From a virus: 64,000 bases of DNA. A program made the translations under genes and the position numbers. The notes beneath the pieces were generated by a model. It saw nothing but the letters and a program-made list of their open reading frames with translations. It was not told where the DNA came from and searched no databases. Within the stretch, counting starts at the first letter, position 1. Every line of letters begins with the position of its first letter. The DNA is taken from the IMG/VR virus record IMGVR_UViG_3300021961_000023, one strand, 5' to 3'. Of this stretch, positions 38,195-47,736 are shown piece by piece.

Positions 38195-38817
38195 TGAAAG
38201 GAAAAGAAGTCGATTACTCAAATCATGGTTGGATTGAAACTACTTTAGAACCAGAACATATTGTGTTCTTATGGCAAAAAATCGAAGAGAAAAAAGAATC
38301 TCTGAAGAATAATCTTGCAGGAAATATTTCGGGAAGTTATGCCATTGAAGATACTGAGAACTATTTTTTCAACGAAGTTTTATCTCAACATGTAGAAGCA
38401 TATACCCAACTTTACGGTGGACATCCAATCAGAGATTATGCTTATGGAGACTTTAAACTTGAACTAGGAAAGTTTTGGGTTAACTATCAAAATAAACATG
38501 AGTTTAATCCATACCATCATCATGGAGGTGTTTATTCTTTTGTTGTTTGGATGAAAATTCCTACAGATTGGAGAGAACAAAATAATCTACCATTTTTAGA
38601 TGGTGTAAAAGATGAAGACAGAAAGGTATCGATATTTGAGTTTGAATATCATGATATTCTTGGAAATATTCGTAACTATGGATATCGTTTAGATCCTACG
38701 TTCGAAGGAACCATGTTATTTTTTCCATCAGCACTAAGACATTGTGTTTATCCTTTCTTTAATAGTGACGAAGAAAGAATCTCAGTTTCTGGAAATCTTA
38801 TTTTCAATCAGTGTTAA
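38194..38817 (+). CDS. 2OG-Fe(II) oxygenase-like protein
   Basis: WVNYQ..HEFNPYHHH, SFVVW, FFPSALRHCVYP, ERISVSGN. Confidence 0.8.
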   Translation: MKGKEVDYSNHGWIETTLEPEHIVFLWQKIEEKKESLKNNLAGNISGSYAIEDTENYFFNEVLSQHVEAYTQLYGGHPIRDYAYGDFKLELGKFWVNYQNKHEFNPYHHHGGVYSFVVWMKIPTDWREQNNLPFLDGVKDEDRKVSIFEFEYHDILGNIRNYGYRLDPTFEGTMLFFPSALRHCVYPFFNSDEERISVSGNLIFNQC

Positions 38818-38841
38818 ATAGTATTGTGACGCACTGAACAT

Positions 38842-40311
38842 GTGAATAAGTCTGATATTATCATTACCAAATCAAACGAAGTTTACTTAAAGATCTCTAC
38901 AGAACCTCATATTGAATATGAGCTTAGAGATCATTTTAAGTTTGAAGTTCCAAATGCAAAGTTCATGCCACAATATCGTGGTAGAAACTGGAATGGAGAA
39001 ATACACTTATATGATATGAGATCCAAACAGATTTATGTTGGTCTGTTAGATAAACTTGTTAGTTTTTGTAAGCAATACGAATACACATATAGTTTTCAGG
39101 ATAATAAGTTTTACGGTCTTCCATTTGAAATCAACGAACTGATTTCCTATGAAGGTGTCAAAGATTATATGCAATCTATTTGTACTCATTCTCCACGGCA
39201 GTACCAAATAGAGGCAGTATATGATGCATTAAGGCATAATAGAAAACTATTGATAAGTCCAACTGCATCAGGTAAATCGTTGATGATTTATTCTCTTGTA
39301 AGATATTACGTAAACAAAGGGCAAAGAATTCTTTTAGTTGTTCCGACGACATCTCTTGTAGAGCAGATGTATAAAGACTTCCAAGACTATGGTTGGGATG
39401 CTGAGTCATATTGTCATCGTGTATATTCTGGTCGAGAAAAATATTCTGAGTTACCAGTCACGGTAACAACTTGGCAGTCTATCTATAAGCTAGATCGATC
39501 TTTCTTTGAAGAGTATAACGTTGTTATAGGTGATGAAGCTCACCTTTTTAAAAGTAAGTCATTAATATCCATCATGACCAAACTTCATCATGCAAAATAT
39601 AGATTTGGTTTTACTGGAACTTTAGACGGATCTCAAACTCACAAGTGGGTTCTGGAAGGATTATTTGGTCCATCGTATAAGGTTACTAGAACTTCTGAGT
39701 TAATGCAACAAGGGCATCTTTCAAAGTTAGATATTAACTGTCTTGTTTTAAAGCATGGTCCTAAAAAGTTTGAAACTTATAATGATGAGATTGAATATTT
39801 GATTGGACATCCTCAAAGAAATAAGTTTATCACCAATCTAGCATTAGATTTGAAAGGTAACACTCTGATTCTTTTTAGCAGAGTTGCTGCCCATGGTGAA
39901 CCACTTTTTGAAATGATAAATAAGTTTAAAGGCGGCAATCGTAAAACCTTTTTCGTTCACGGTGGCGTTGATGCAGAAGATCGAGAACTAGTTCGTGAGA
40001 TTACTGAGAGAGAAAACAACGCTATCATTGTCGCTTCTTACGGAACCTTTTCTACTGGCATCAATATTAAAAACTTACACAACGTAATATTTGCTTCACC
40101 TAGTAAGTCCCGTGTCAGAAATCTTCAGTCAATAGGAAGAGTACTCAGAAAAGGTAAAGATAAAACAAAAGCAGTATTGTATGATATTGGTGATGACTGT
40201 AGTTATAACTCTAGAAAAAATTATACTCTGAATCACTTGATTGAAAGAATCAAAATCTACAACGAAGAAAATTTTAACTATGACATTGTAACAATAAACC
40301 TAAAAACATAG
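38842..40311 (+). CDS. uvsW: DNA helicase UvsW
   Basis: SPTASGKS, GDEAH, GFTGT, QSIGRVLR. Confidence 0.96.
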   Translation: MNKSDIIITKSNEVYLKISTEPHIEYELRDHFKFEVPNAKFMPQYRGRNWNGEIHLYDMRSKQIYVGLLDKLVSFCKQYEYTYSFQDNKFYGLPFEINELISYEGVKDYMQSICTHSPRQYQIEAVYDALRHNRKLLISPTASGKSLMIYSLVRYYVNKGQRILLVVPTTSLVEQMYKDFQDYGWDAESYCHRVYSGREKYSELPVTVTTWQSIYKLDRSFFEEYNVVIGDEAHLFKSKSLISIMTKLHHAKYRFGFTGTLDGSQTHKWVLEGLFGPSYKVTRTSELMQQGHLSKLDINCLVLKHGPKKFETYNDEIEYLIGHPQRNKFITNLALDLKGNTLILFSRVAAHGEPLFEMINKFKGGNRKTFFVHGGVDAEDRELVREITERENNAIIVASYGTFSTGINIKNLHNVIFASPSKSRVRNLQSIGRVLRKGKDKTKAVLYDIGDDCSYNSRKNYTLNHLIERIKIYNEENFNYDIVTINLKT

Positions 40312-40321
40312 GAGAACTCGT

Positions 40322-40723
40322 ATGGGTATAGAAGACGATTTTTATGCAACTATTAAGTTAGTTTCTGGTGAAGAGATATTTGCAAAAGTTGCAGCATCAG
40401 AAGAAGAAGATAAAACTCTTTTGATTATCTCAAATCCTATTACTATTGGAGAGATTAAAACCAGAGTTGGCGTAGTGGGATATAAAATAGAACCTTGGTT
40501 AAAAACAACTAAAGAAGATTTGTTTATTATTAATCTAGATAAAGTTTTAACTATCTCTGAATCAAATGACATTGAGATGATTCAAATGTATAGAAAGTTT
40601 TTAAGAGATAGTAATGACGATGACACTCCATCACCATCATCAAGACTCTCTAGGAAAATGGGGTTATTAGGTAATATTGATGAGACTAAGAAAAGACTTG
40701 AAAAGATATTTAAAAGTAGCTAA
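40322..40723 (+). CDS. Conserved hypothetical (Sm-like) protein
   Basis: IKLVSGEEIFAKV motif; position between uvsW and gp55. Confidence 0.75.
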   Translation: MGIEDDFYATIKLVSGEEIFAKVAASEEEDKTLLIISNPITIGEIKTRVGVVGYKIEPWLKTTKEDLFIINLDKVLTISESNDIEMIQMYRKFLRDSNDDDTPSPSSRLSRKMGLLGNIDETKKRLEKIFKSS

Positions 40724-40749
40724 GCCTTATCTTCAAACCCAACAAAGGT

Positions 40750-40801
40750 ATTATAGTGACATTTGAGTACCCTTGTCAAGTATTGGAAAAAGTGTTACAA
40801 T
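40750..40801. promoter_or_regulatory. Divergent sigma70-type promoters sharing a -35 element
   Basis: Plus strand: TTGTCA(40773)-N17-TACAAT(40796) with TGn extension. Minus strand: TTGACA(40779-40774)-N18-TATAAT(40755-40750). Confidence 0.65.
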
Positions 40802-40827
40802 GATCATATTATAAATCAGTTATACTT

Positions 40828-41328
40828 ATGATCACAAATACGTCAATCATGACCAGAAGGAAAAGATCTGAGCACTACGTTAATAACAAAGAGTTTCTTG
40901 CTGCTATAATCGAGTACAAGAAAAAGGTTGCCATTGCTGCTGAAAGGGGTGAACCGAAACCACGTATCACCAACTATCTTGGTGAGTGCTTTTTGAAGAT
41001 TGCAACGCATTTATCCTTTAAGCCAAACTTTGTCAACTATATGTTTAAAGATGACATGGTTTGTGATGGTATTGAAAACTGTGTTCAATACATGCATAAT
41101 TTTGATCCAGAGAAATCTTCTAATCCATTTGCGTATTTTACTCAGATCATTCACTACGCTTTTCTTCGTCGTATTCAAAAAGAGAAAAAACAACTAGAGA
41201 TTAAAAATAAAATCTTAGAAAAGACTGGTTATGAGGAAGTATTTGTGGATAATAACACGGTTGACGGCAGCAACTATTCCGACTATAATTCTATTAAGGA
41301 TGCCGTTCACTCAAAACTTCGCTATTGA
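40828..41328 (+). CDS. gp55: Late-transcription sigma factor gp55
   Basis: HYVNNKEFL, CFLKIATHLS.KPNFVNY, NPFAYFTQI. Confidence 0.96.
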   Translation: MITNTSIMTRRKRSEHYVNNKEFLAAIIEYKKKVAIAAERGEPKPRITNYLGECFLKIATHLSFKPNFVNYMFKDDMVCDGIENCVQYMHNFDPEKSSNPFAYFTQIIHYAFLRRIQKEKKQLEIKNKILEKTGYEEVFVDNNTVDGSNYSDYNSIKDAVHSKLRY

Positions 41329-42377
41329 TGAAAGTCGCTATTATTACAGACCAGCACTTTGGGTGTCGTAAAAACTCAAAAGTATTTCATGACTATTTCC
41401 TAAAGTTCTACAATGAAGTATTTTTCCCGACGCTAAAAGCGGAGGGAATCACCACAGTTATAGATATGGGTGATACTTTTGATAGTCGTAAAGGTATTGA
41501 TTTTTCTGCTTTATCTTGGGCAAAAAACTATTATTATGATATCTTAGAAAAGATGGGAGTTACTGTCCATACAATCGTTGGGAATCACACTGCTTATTAT
41601 AAAAACTCCAATGAAGTAAATGCTGTAGATTTACTTTTGCGTGAATATGAAAATGTGATCGTATACTCTGAACCAACGGAAGTAGTTCTTGGAAAACTTC
41701 CTACTCTTTTTATACCATGGATTAATCAAGAGAATGAGAAAAAAACTTATAGCATTATTGAAAAGACAACTTGCATGTGTGCGATGGGGCACCTTGAACT
41801 CCGAGGATTTAATGCTAATCGATTCGTCGTCATGGAGCATGGTTATGAAAGCGAACTATTTAAGAAGTTCGATAATGTCTTCTCGGGACACTATCACACT
41901 AGAAGCTCAAAAGAAAACGTCAAATATCTAGGTAATCCATATGAAATCTACTGGACTGATGTTGATGATACTCGTGGATTTCATATTTTTGATACAGATA
42001 CTTTAGAACTGACTGCAGTAAACAATCCATTTAAAATGTTTTACAAGATTGTTTATGAAGACACCCCGTATCAAACGTTTGATACAACAAAGTATGAAAA
42101 TAAAATTGTAAAACTTGTCATTAGAAAAAGTACCAATGCAAAAAAGTTAGATAAGTTTGTTGAAAAACTTTATTCTGCAAACGTCGCTGAACTTAAGATA
42201 GTTCAGAACACTGATTTTGAGGGTTATTATCAAAGTCCTAACAATGAAGATTTTGAATCAGAAGATACAATGTCTATCTTGAATAGATATATTCAGGATG
42301 CAGAAGTTGACCTTGATAAATCTTTTATTCAAGGCATAATGCAAGAAATCTATCAAGAAGCTTGCGAGATGGTGTAA
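41328..42377 (+). CDS. gp47: Recombination endonuclease gp47 (Mre11/SbcD-like)
   Basis: DQHFG, GDTFD, GNH, FSGHYH metallophosphoesterase motifs. Confidence 0.96.
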   Translation: MKVAIITDQHFGCRKNSKVFHDYFLKFYNEVFFPTLKAEGITTVIDMGDTFDSRKGIDFSALSWAKNYYYDILEKMGVTVHTIVGNHTAYYKNSNEVNAVDLLLREYENVIVYSEPTEVVLGKLPTLFIPWINQENEKKTYSIIEKTTCMCAMGHLELRGFNANRFVVMEHGYESELFKKFDNVFSGHYHTRSSKENVKYLGNPYEIYWTDVDDTRGFHIFDTDTLELTAVNNPFKMFYKIVYEDTPYQTFDTTKYENKIVKLVIRKSTNAKKLDKFVEKLYSANVAELKIVQNTDFEGYYQSPNNEDFESEDTMSILNRYIQDAEVDLDKSFIQGIMQEIYQEACEMV

Positions 42378-42378
42378 G

Positions 42379-42654
42379 ATGCACATTCTAACTATCGAAG
42401 GTAAAGAAGAGGACGGAGCATACTCAGTAACAGATGAAATGGGGGAAAAGATCCTTTACATCTGGGAAGAAGAGGATGATGCTGTCCGTTTTGCTATGAT
42501 GTTAGAAGATAATGGTTATCCAGAAATGAGTGTTGTAGAAGTTGAAGATGATTTACTTCTAAGGACTTGCGAAATGCACGACTATTCATATACAATAATA
42601 ACCAAGAATGACTTTGTAATCCCCCCTGACGAAAAAGATAATGATCTTATTTAA
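42379..42654 (+). CDS. Acidic hypothetical protein
   Basis: EEEDDAVRFAMML motif; lies between gp47 and gp46. Confidence 0.75.
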   Translation: MHILTIEGKEEDGAYSVTDEMGEKILYIWEEEDDAVRFAMMLEDNGYPEMSVVEVEDDLLLRTCEMHDYSYTIITKNDFVIPPDEKDNDLI

Positions 42655-44350
42655 GACTATTCGATATAAGAACTTCCTTTCAACTGGAAATCATTTTACG
42701 GAGTTCAATCTCACAAGTAACTCTACTACTCTTATTATTGGCAGTAATGGTGCTGGTAAATCAACCGTGTTAGATGCACTTACTTTCACCTTATTTGGCA
42801 AACCCTTTCGTAAGATCAATAAACCACAACTTCCAAATACTGTCAATGATAAAGATTGTCTTGCAGAAGTTGAGTTTTCTATTGGAAGTACAGAGTGGAA
42901 AGTAAGGAGGGGGATCAAACCAAATATTTTTGAGATCTATCAAAATGGTAGATTACTAGATCAAAGTGCCTCTTCTATTGATCAGCAAAAGTGGTTTGAG
43001 CAAACTGTTCTGAAAATGAACTATAAATCATTTACTCAGATTGTGATTCTGGGTAGCAGTACTTTTGTTCCATTTATGCAACTCACTGCTGCAAATCGTC
43101 GTGAGGTCATTGAAGATCTTCTTGATATTAAGATTTTTTCTTCAATGAATAGTATCGTTAAGGATAAACTAAAGCAGGCAAAAGATGAAGTTCATACTTT
43201 GGAACTAACAAAAGAGTCTGTTAAAGATAAAGTTGATATGCAATCTAACTTTATTGAAGAGTTAGAAAATCGTGGTAAGTCTAATATTAAATCTAACAAA
43301 GAAAAGATTTCAAAGTTAGATAGTGAAGTTGATACTTATATGAAGGAGGTAGAGTCTTTAGAAGAACCTCTTCGTGAACGTATTAGTGAGCAAGATAAGA
43401 TTATTGGATATGCTGAAAAACTACGTAAACTTGGAAACCTAAAAGGTAAAATCTCAGAAAAAGTATCTGCTATTACAAAAGAGCACAAGTTTTTTACTGA
43501 GAATACGGTATGCCCAACCTGTACACAATCTATTGATGAAACCTTTAGAATAAATAGAATTAATGACGCTCAAAATAAAGCAAAAGAGTTGCAGTCTGGT
43601 TATAAAGAACTAGAAGAAGCAATTAAAGAGGAAGAAGAGCGAGAGCGTCAATTTAACGCTCTATCTAAGGAGATTTCAAATCTAACGAATGGCATTTCTC
43701 AAAACAACATTAAGATTTCTGGGTGTCGCAAACAGATCAGAGATCTTGAACATGAAATTCAAGTTCTTACCGAGAACCTTGCAAACAGAAATTCTGAGCA
43801 TGAAAAGTTAGAAACTTTTAAACAAAAACTGAAGAGTACGCAAAAAGATTTAGAGTCTAAAAGAGATCTCATTAGATACTATGATTTCTCTTACAATCTA
43901 CTCAAAGACGGTGGAGTTAAAACTCAAATCATCAAGAAGTATTTGCCTCTCATCAATCAACAGGTAAATCGTTATCTGCAGATGATGGACTTCTATATTA
44001 ACTTTACTTTAGATGAAGAGTTTAATGAAACCGTCCAATCTCCCATTCATGAAGATTTTACATACGCATCATTCAGCGAAGGAGAAAAGATGCGTATCGA
44101 TCTTGCTCTTCTATTCACTTGGAGAGAAGTAGCAAAACATAAGAACTCAGTAAATACTAATCTGTTGATTATGGATGAAGTATTTGATAGTTCTCTTGAT
44201 GGATTTGGAACTGATGATTTCCTAAAGATTATACGTTTCGTAATCAAAGATGCAAACATTTTTGTAATCTCCCATAAGGATGGATTGCAAGATAAGTTTG
44301 ATAATGTGATTCGATTTGAAAAAGTTAAAGGATTTAGTAGGATGATTTGA
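42641..44350 (+). CDS. gp46: Recombination ATPase gp46 (Rad50/SbcC-like)
   Basis: GSNGAGKST, CPTC hook, FSEGE signature, IMDE. Confidence 0.97.
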   Translation: MILFKTIRYKNFLSTGNHFTEFNLTSNSTTLIIGSNGAGKSTVLDALTFTLFGKPFRKINKPQLPNTVNDKDCLAEVEFSIGSTEWKVRRGIKPNIFEIYQNGRLLDQSASSIDQQKWFEQTVLKMNYKSFTQIVILGSSTFVPFMQLTAANRREVIEDLLDIKIFSSMNSIVKDKLKQAKDEVHTLELTKESVKDKVDMQSNFIEELENRGKSNIKSNKEKISKLDSEVDTYMKEVESLEEPLRERISEQDKIIGYAEKLRKLGNLKGKISEKVSAITKEHKFFTENTVCPTCTQSIDETFRINRINDAQNKAKELQSGYKELEEAIKEEEERERQFNALSKEISNLTNGISQNNIKISGCRKQIRDLEHEIQVLTENLANRNSEHEKLETFKQKLKSTQKDLESKRDLIRYYDFSYNLLKDGGVKTQIIKKYLPLINQQVNRYLQMMDFYINFTLDEEFNETVQSPIHEDFTYASFSEGEKMRIDLALLFTWREVAKHKNSVNTNLLIMDEVFDSSLDGFGTDDFLKIIRFVIKDANIFVISHKDGLQDKFDNVIRFEKVKGFSRMI

Positions 44351-44351
44351 A

Positions 44352-45068
44352 ATGGAAAAGATTTTAATCACAGGACACAAAGGGTTTATTGGTCAGCATG
44401 TTTTTGCTGATTGGCAACAGACTCACAATCACTTGTTAGTAGGGATTGATTTTCCTTACGATATTGGTAACTTTGATGGTGGAGATTACGATCTTGTGAT
44501 TCATCTTGCTGCATATGCGGATATTCGTGACAGTCAGGAAAACCCAGAAAAATATTATGACAATAACGTAATCAAAACTAAAAAGATTTTTGATTGGTGT
44601 AGAGAAACGAATACTCGTTTGTTATATGCATCGTCTAGTGCTGTTGAAGAGAGATATTGGACAAATCCATATGCAATGACTAAATGGATTAATGAAATCA
44701 TGGCACCACCCAACTCAGTTGGTATGAGATTTACAACCGTTTATGGTCCTGGTGGTCGTGGAAATATGATGTATGATCTTCTCAAAAATAAGAAAGCAAA
44801 GTATGTGACTAATCACAAACGTGATTGGATTCATATAAAAGATGTTTGTCGTGCTATTCGATATCTTGCAAGTAGTGATGTTACTGGTCCTGTAACAATC
44901 GGAACTGGAAAATCTGTTGCAGTAAAAGATCTTGCAAAAGCATTTGGACAAGGACATCTTCCAGTTTTGGAAGATACTCCTGGTGAACGGGAAGATAATG
45001 TTGCAGACATTTCTATTATGAAGAGTATTGGATGGTTCCCAACGATTGATGTCCTTGGTACAGTATAA
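44352..45068 (+). CDS. NAD-dependent epimerase/dehydratase
   Basis: TGHKGFIG, HLAA, YASSS, YAMTK, RFTTVYGP, RDWIHIKD. Confidence 0.88.
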   Translation: MEKILITGHKGFIGQHVFADWQQTHNHLLVGIDFPYDIGNFDGGDYDLVIHLAAYADIRDSQENPEKYYDNNVIKTKKIFDWCRETNTRLLYASSSAVEERYWTNPYAMTKWINEIMAPPNSVGMRFTTVYGPGGRGNMMYDLLKNKKAKYVTNHKRDWIHIKDVCRAIRYLASSDVTGPVTIGTGKSVAVKDLAKAFGQGHLPVLEDTPGEREDNVADISIMKSIGWFPTIDVLGTV

Positions 45069-45123
45069 ATAGTGGCACACGCCACTACCTATGGATCTTG
45101 ACGAGAACACCATATGGTATGAT
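45061..45123 (+). promoter_or_regulatory. Putative early promoter with palindromic upstream motif
   Basis: CAGTATAAATAGTGGCACA motif then TGG-TATGAT; similar copies at 45245 and 47655. Confidence 0.55.
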
Positions 45124-45151
45124 AAGATTATCAACCAGTTTATTCAAGGAA

Positions 45152-45316
45152 ATGAACACTCCAAATTGGCAGCACCACAGCAAGAAGGAGCAGAAACGAA
45201 AACTGAAACCTCAAGCACTCCGACAAGCAAAGGCACGACTGAGCCACTTTAAAAAGCGGCACATGACCTCCCCCAAAAAGGGAGGTTCTTTTGTATTGTA
45301 TACCTATACGAACTGA
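45152..45316 (+). CDS. Small basic hypothetical protein
   Basis: AAGGA SD-like sequence before ATG 45152; PNWQHHSKKEQKRKLKPQALRQAKAR. Confidence 0.65.
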   Translation: MNTPNWQHHSKKEQKRKLKPQALRQAKARLSHFKKRHMTSPKKGGSFVLYTYTN

Positions 45317-45321
45317 ACCCC

Positions 45322-47469
45322 ATGCCTGTTTTCACTCACGAAATCAAATCCCAACTTGCCAGACTGCTTGCCACTGAGGATTTGGTGGTGGAGCACAAGA
45401 AAGTTCAGACTGCCTCTTTCAATGTTCATACTCGTGTTCTGACACTTCCTACCTGGGACAAGGCAAGTGGAACTGTGTATGATCTTCTGGTTGCACATGA
45501 AGTGGGTCATGCTCTGTTCACTCCTGATCGTGATTGGCTTGCTGAGCGTAAGATTCCTCTTCAGTTTGTGAATGTGGTTGAAGATGCTCGTATTGAAAAA
45601 CTGATGAAGCGTAAGTATCCTGGTCTTCCTAAAACTTTTTTCAATGGATATCAGGAACTGAATGATAAAGATTTCTTTTCTCTAGAAGATGAAGATGTTT
45701 CATCCTTCAATCTTGCTGATCGTGCCAATCTTCATTTCAAAATCGGCAACTTTTATCCTCTTTCGTTCAAAGAGGATGAACAGTCGATCATTGACATGAT
45801 TGCAGCAACAGAAACTTTTGATGAAGTTCTGGATGCTGCAGAAATCCTGTATAACTACTGCAAAGAAGAGAACGAAAAGATTCAAACTCCTAGTCTGGAT
45901 GAACTAGAAACTAATAATCAAATGAGTGGTAGTGGCAACACTCCCATGGACAGTGATTCTATTGAGGAAGATGGTGATGATGGGCAGAGGAAAGAAACTG
46001 AAGGATCTTCTTCTGATGGTGTGAGTAACTCTATTCCCTCTGATCCTCTTAAATCTTCTGATGAAGACATTGAGATTCAGACTGATAAATCTCTATCCGA
46101 TAATCTTCAGGAACTGAATGATAATCGTATTGAAGAAACTGTTTATCTGGAAGTTCCTTCTGTTAATCTCAATACTATTGTGATCTCCAACAAAGATCTT
46201 CATGATTCTTGTGACAGATATTATGCAAACATGATTGAGATTCATGATACACCCTCACTGTATTTTGAACCAGACAAGTTGTTTACTTCTTTCAAGGTTT
46301 CTGCTCAAAAAGAAGTCAACTATCTTGTAAAGGAGTTTGAATGTAAGAAGTCTGCATCTCAGTATGCCCGTACTTCAGTATCTCGCACTGGTGTTCTTGA
46401 TACAACTAAACTTCATACTTATAAGTTTAATGACGATCTTTTTAAAAAAGTAAATGTCATCCCTGACGGTAAAAATCATGGATTGATTTTTGTTTGTGAT
46501 TGGTCTGGATCTATGGGAAATGTTTTGCTTGACACAATCAAGCAAATGTTCCAACTGGTATGGTTCTGTAAAAAAGTACAGATTCCTTTTGAAGTCTATG
46601 CTTTTACTACAGAGTGGTGGTCTACTCAACATGATTCTGCAGATGGTACTCCTCTGTTTCCTATTGATCACTATAAAAAACGTGAGAACCTTCTTTCAGT
46701 TCATCCCAACTTTAGTATGATGAACATTCTCACTAGTGGTGTGAGTAACAGAGAACTTGACCGTCAGATGAAGAGTATTTGGCGAGTTGGGGTTCATTAC
46801 TCTATGCACACTCATTGTCCTATTCCTCATGTCCTTGAACTTTGTGGAACTCCTCTCAATGAAGCAATTATTTCTCTTTTTGAGATTATTCCAGACTTCA
46901 AGAAGCGTACCAATGCAGAAAAAGTAAACGTTGTTGTTCTCAGTGATGGGGAATCTAACAATATTGCTCGCCACCGTGAAGTAAAGCGTTCTTGGGAAAC
47001 AGAATCCTTTATTGGGATTGGACATGTTCCTTTTGGTGCTTATATTCGGGATCGTAAGATTGGAACTACTTATAGTATTTCTAAGGCAAATGAGAATGAG
47101 AATATTGGAATGACTGTTACCCTCTTGCGTAATCTCGCTGATCGATTCCCTCAAGAAAACTTGATTGGTATTCGTGTTTGTGAGTCTCGTGATTTTTATC
47201 ATCATCTTCGCCGTTATATTGGATGGACAAACCAATCACTTGAGAATACTCTTACAAAACAATGGAAAAAAGAGAAAGCAGTTGCTCTCCCCAACTCTGG
47301 ATATAAAAAATACTTTACCTTGTCAGCATCTTCTTTGTCTCAGGAATCTGAGTTCAAAGTAGAGGAAGATGCAAGTAAAGCACAGATTAGGAATGCTTTT
47401 AAAAAGTCTCTTACTGCAAAGAAGACTAACAAAAAGATTCTTAGTCAGTTCATTGAACTTGTTGCCTAA
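45322..47469 (+). CDS. Metallopeptidase-like + vWA domain protein (CobT-like partner of the AAA ATPase)
   Basis: HEVGH zincin motif, NVVEDARIE, acidic linker, MIDAS DWSGS...GTPL...LSDG. Confidence 0.85.
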   Translation: MPVFTHEIKSQLARLLATEDLVVEHKKVQTASFNVHTRVLTLPTWDKASGTVYDLLVAHEVGHALFTPDRDWLAERKIPLQFVNVVEDARIEKLMKRKYPGLPKTFFNGYQELNDKDFFSLEDEDVSSFNLADRANLHFKIGNFYPLSFKEDEQSIIDMIAATETFDEVLDAAEILYNYCKEENEKIQTPSLDELETNNQMSGSGNTPMDSDSIEEDGDDGQRKETEGSSSDGVSNSIPSDPLKSSDEDIEIQTDKSLSDNLQELNDNRIEETVYLEVPSVNLNTIVISNKDLHDSCDRYYANMIEIHDTPSLYFEPDKLFTSFKVSAQKEVNYLVKEFECKKSASQYARTSVSRTGVLDTTKLHTYKFNDDLFKKVNVIPDGKNHGLIFVCDWSGSMGNVLLDTIKQMFQLVWFCKKVQIPFEVYAFTTEWWSTQHDSADGTPLFPIDHYKKRENLLSVHPNFSMMNILTSGVSNRELDRQMKSIWRVGVHYSMHTHCPIPHVLELCGTPLNEAIISLFEIIPDFKKRTNAEKVNVVVLSDGESNNIARHREVKRSWETESFIGIGHVPFGAYIRDRKIGTTYSISKANENENIGMTVTLLRNLADRFPQENLIGIRVCESRDFYHHLRRYIGWTNQSLENTLTKQWKKEKAVALPNSGYKKYFTLSASSLSQESEFKVEEDASKAQIRNAFKKSLTAKKTNKKILSQFIELVA

Positions 47470-47485
47470 ATATCTAAAAATTTTT

Positions 47486-47665
47486 ATGGATAAGTTTCCT
47501 TTTGATCATGTAGTAAAACTCTTAGAAAAAGAAGTTTGGATTAAATGTGATAGTGCTATTACCGCTATGGGCATTAGTGCAGTTGTTAAAAAGTATTATC
47601 CTGGGTTTACTGCAAAAATTTGTAATGAAGAACATCTGAGCAAGTTAAAGCAGACAGTTTTGTAA
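47486..47665 (+). CDS. 59-aa hypothetical protein
   Basis: ATG 47486 after TAAATA at 47467. Confidence 0.6.
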   Translation: MDKFPFDHVVKLLEKEVWIKCDSAITAMGISAVVKKYYPGFTAKICNEEHLSKLKQTVL

Positions 47666-47708
47666 CTGGCACATCGGGGGTTGAGACGCCCCCTTTTTCA
47701 TGTATACT
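47655..47708 (+). promoter_or_regulatory. Putative early promoter (palindromic motif, hairpin, -10 TATACT)
   Basis: CAGTTTTGTAACTGGCACA, then GGGGG..CCCCC hairpin with T run, then TATACT at 47703. Confidence 0.6.
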
Positions 47709-47736
47709 AAAGTATACCAAACAAATCCCTCAAACA

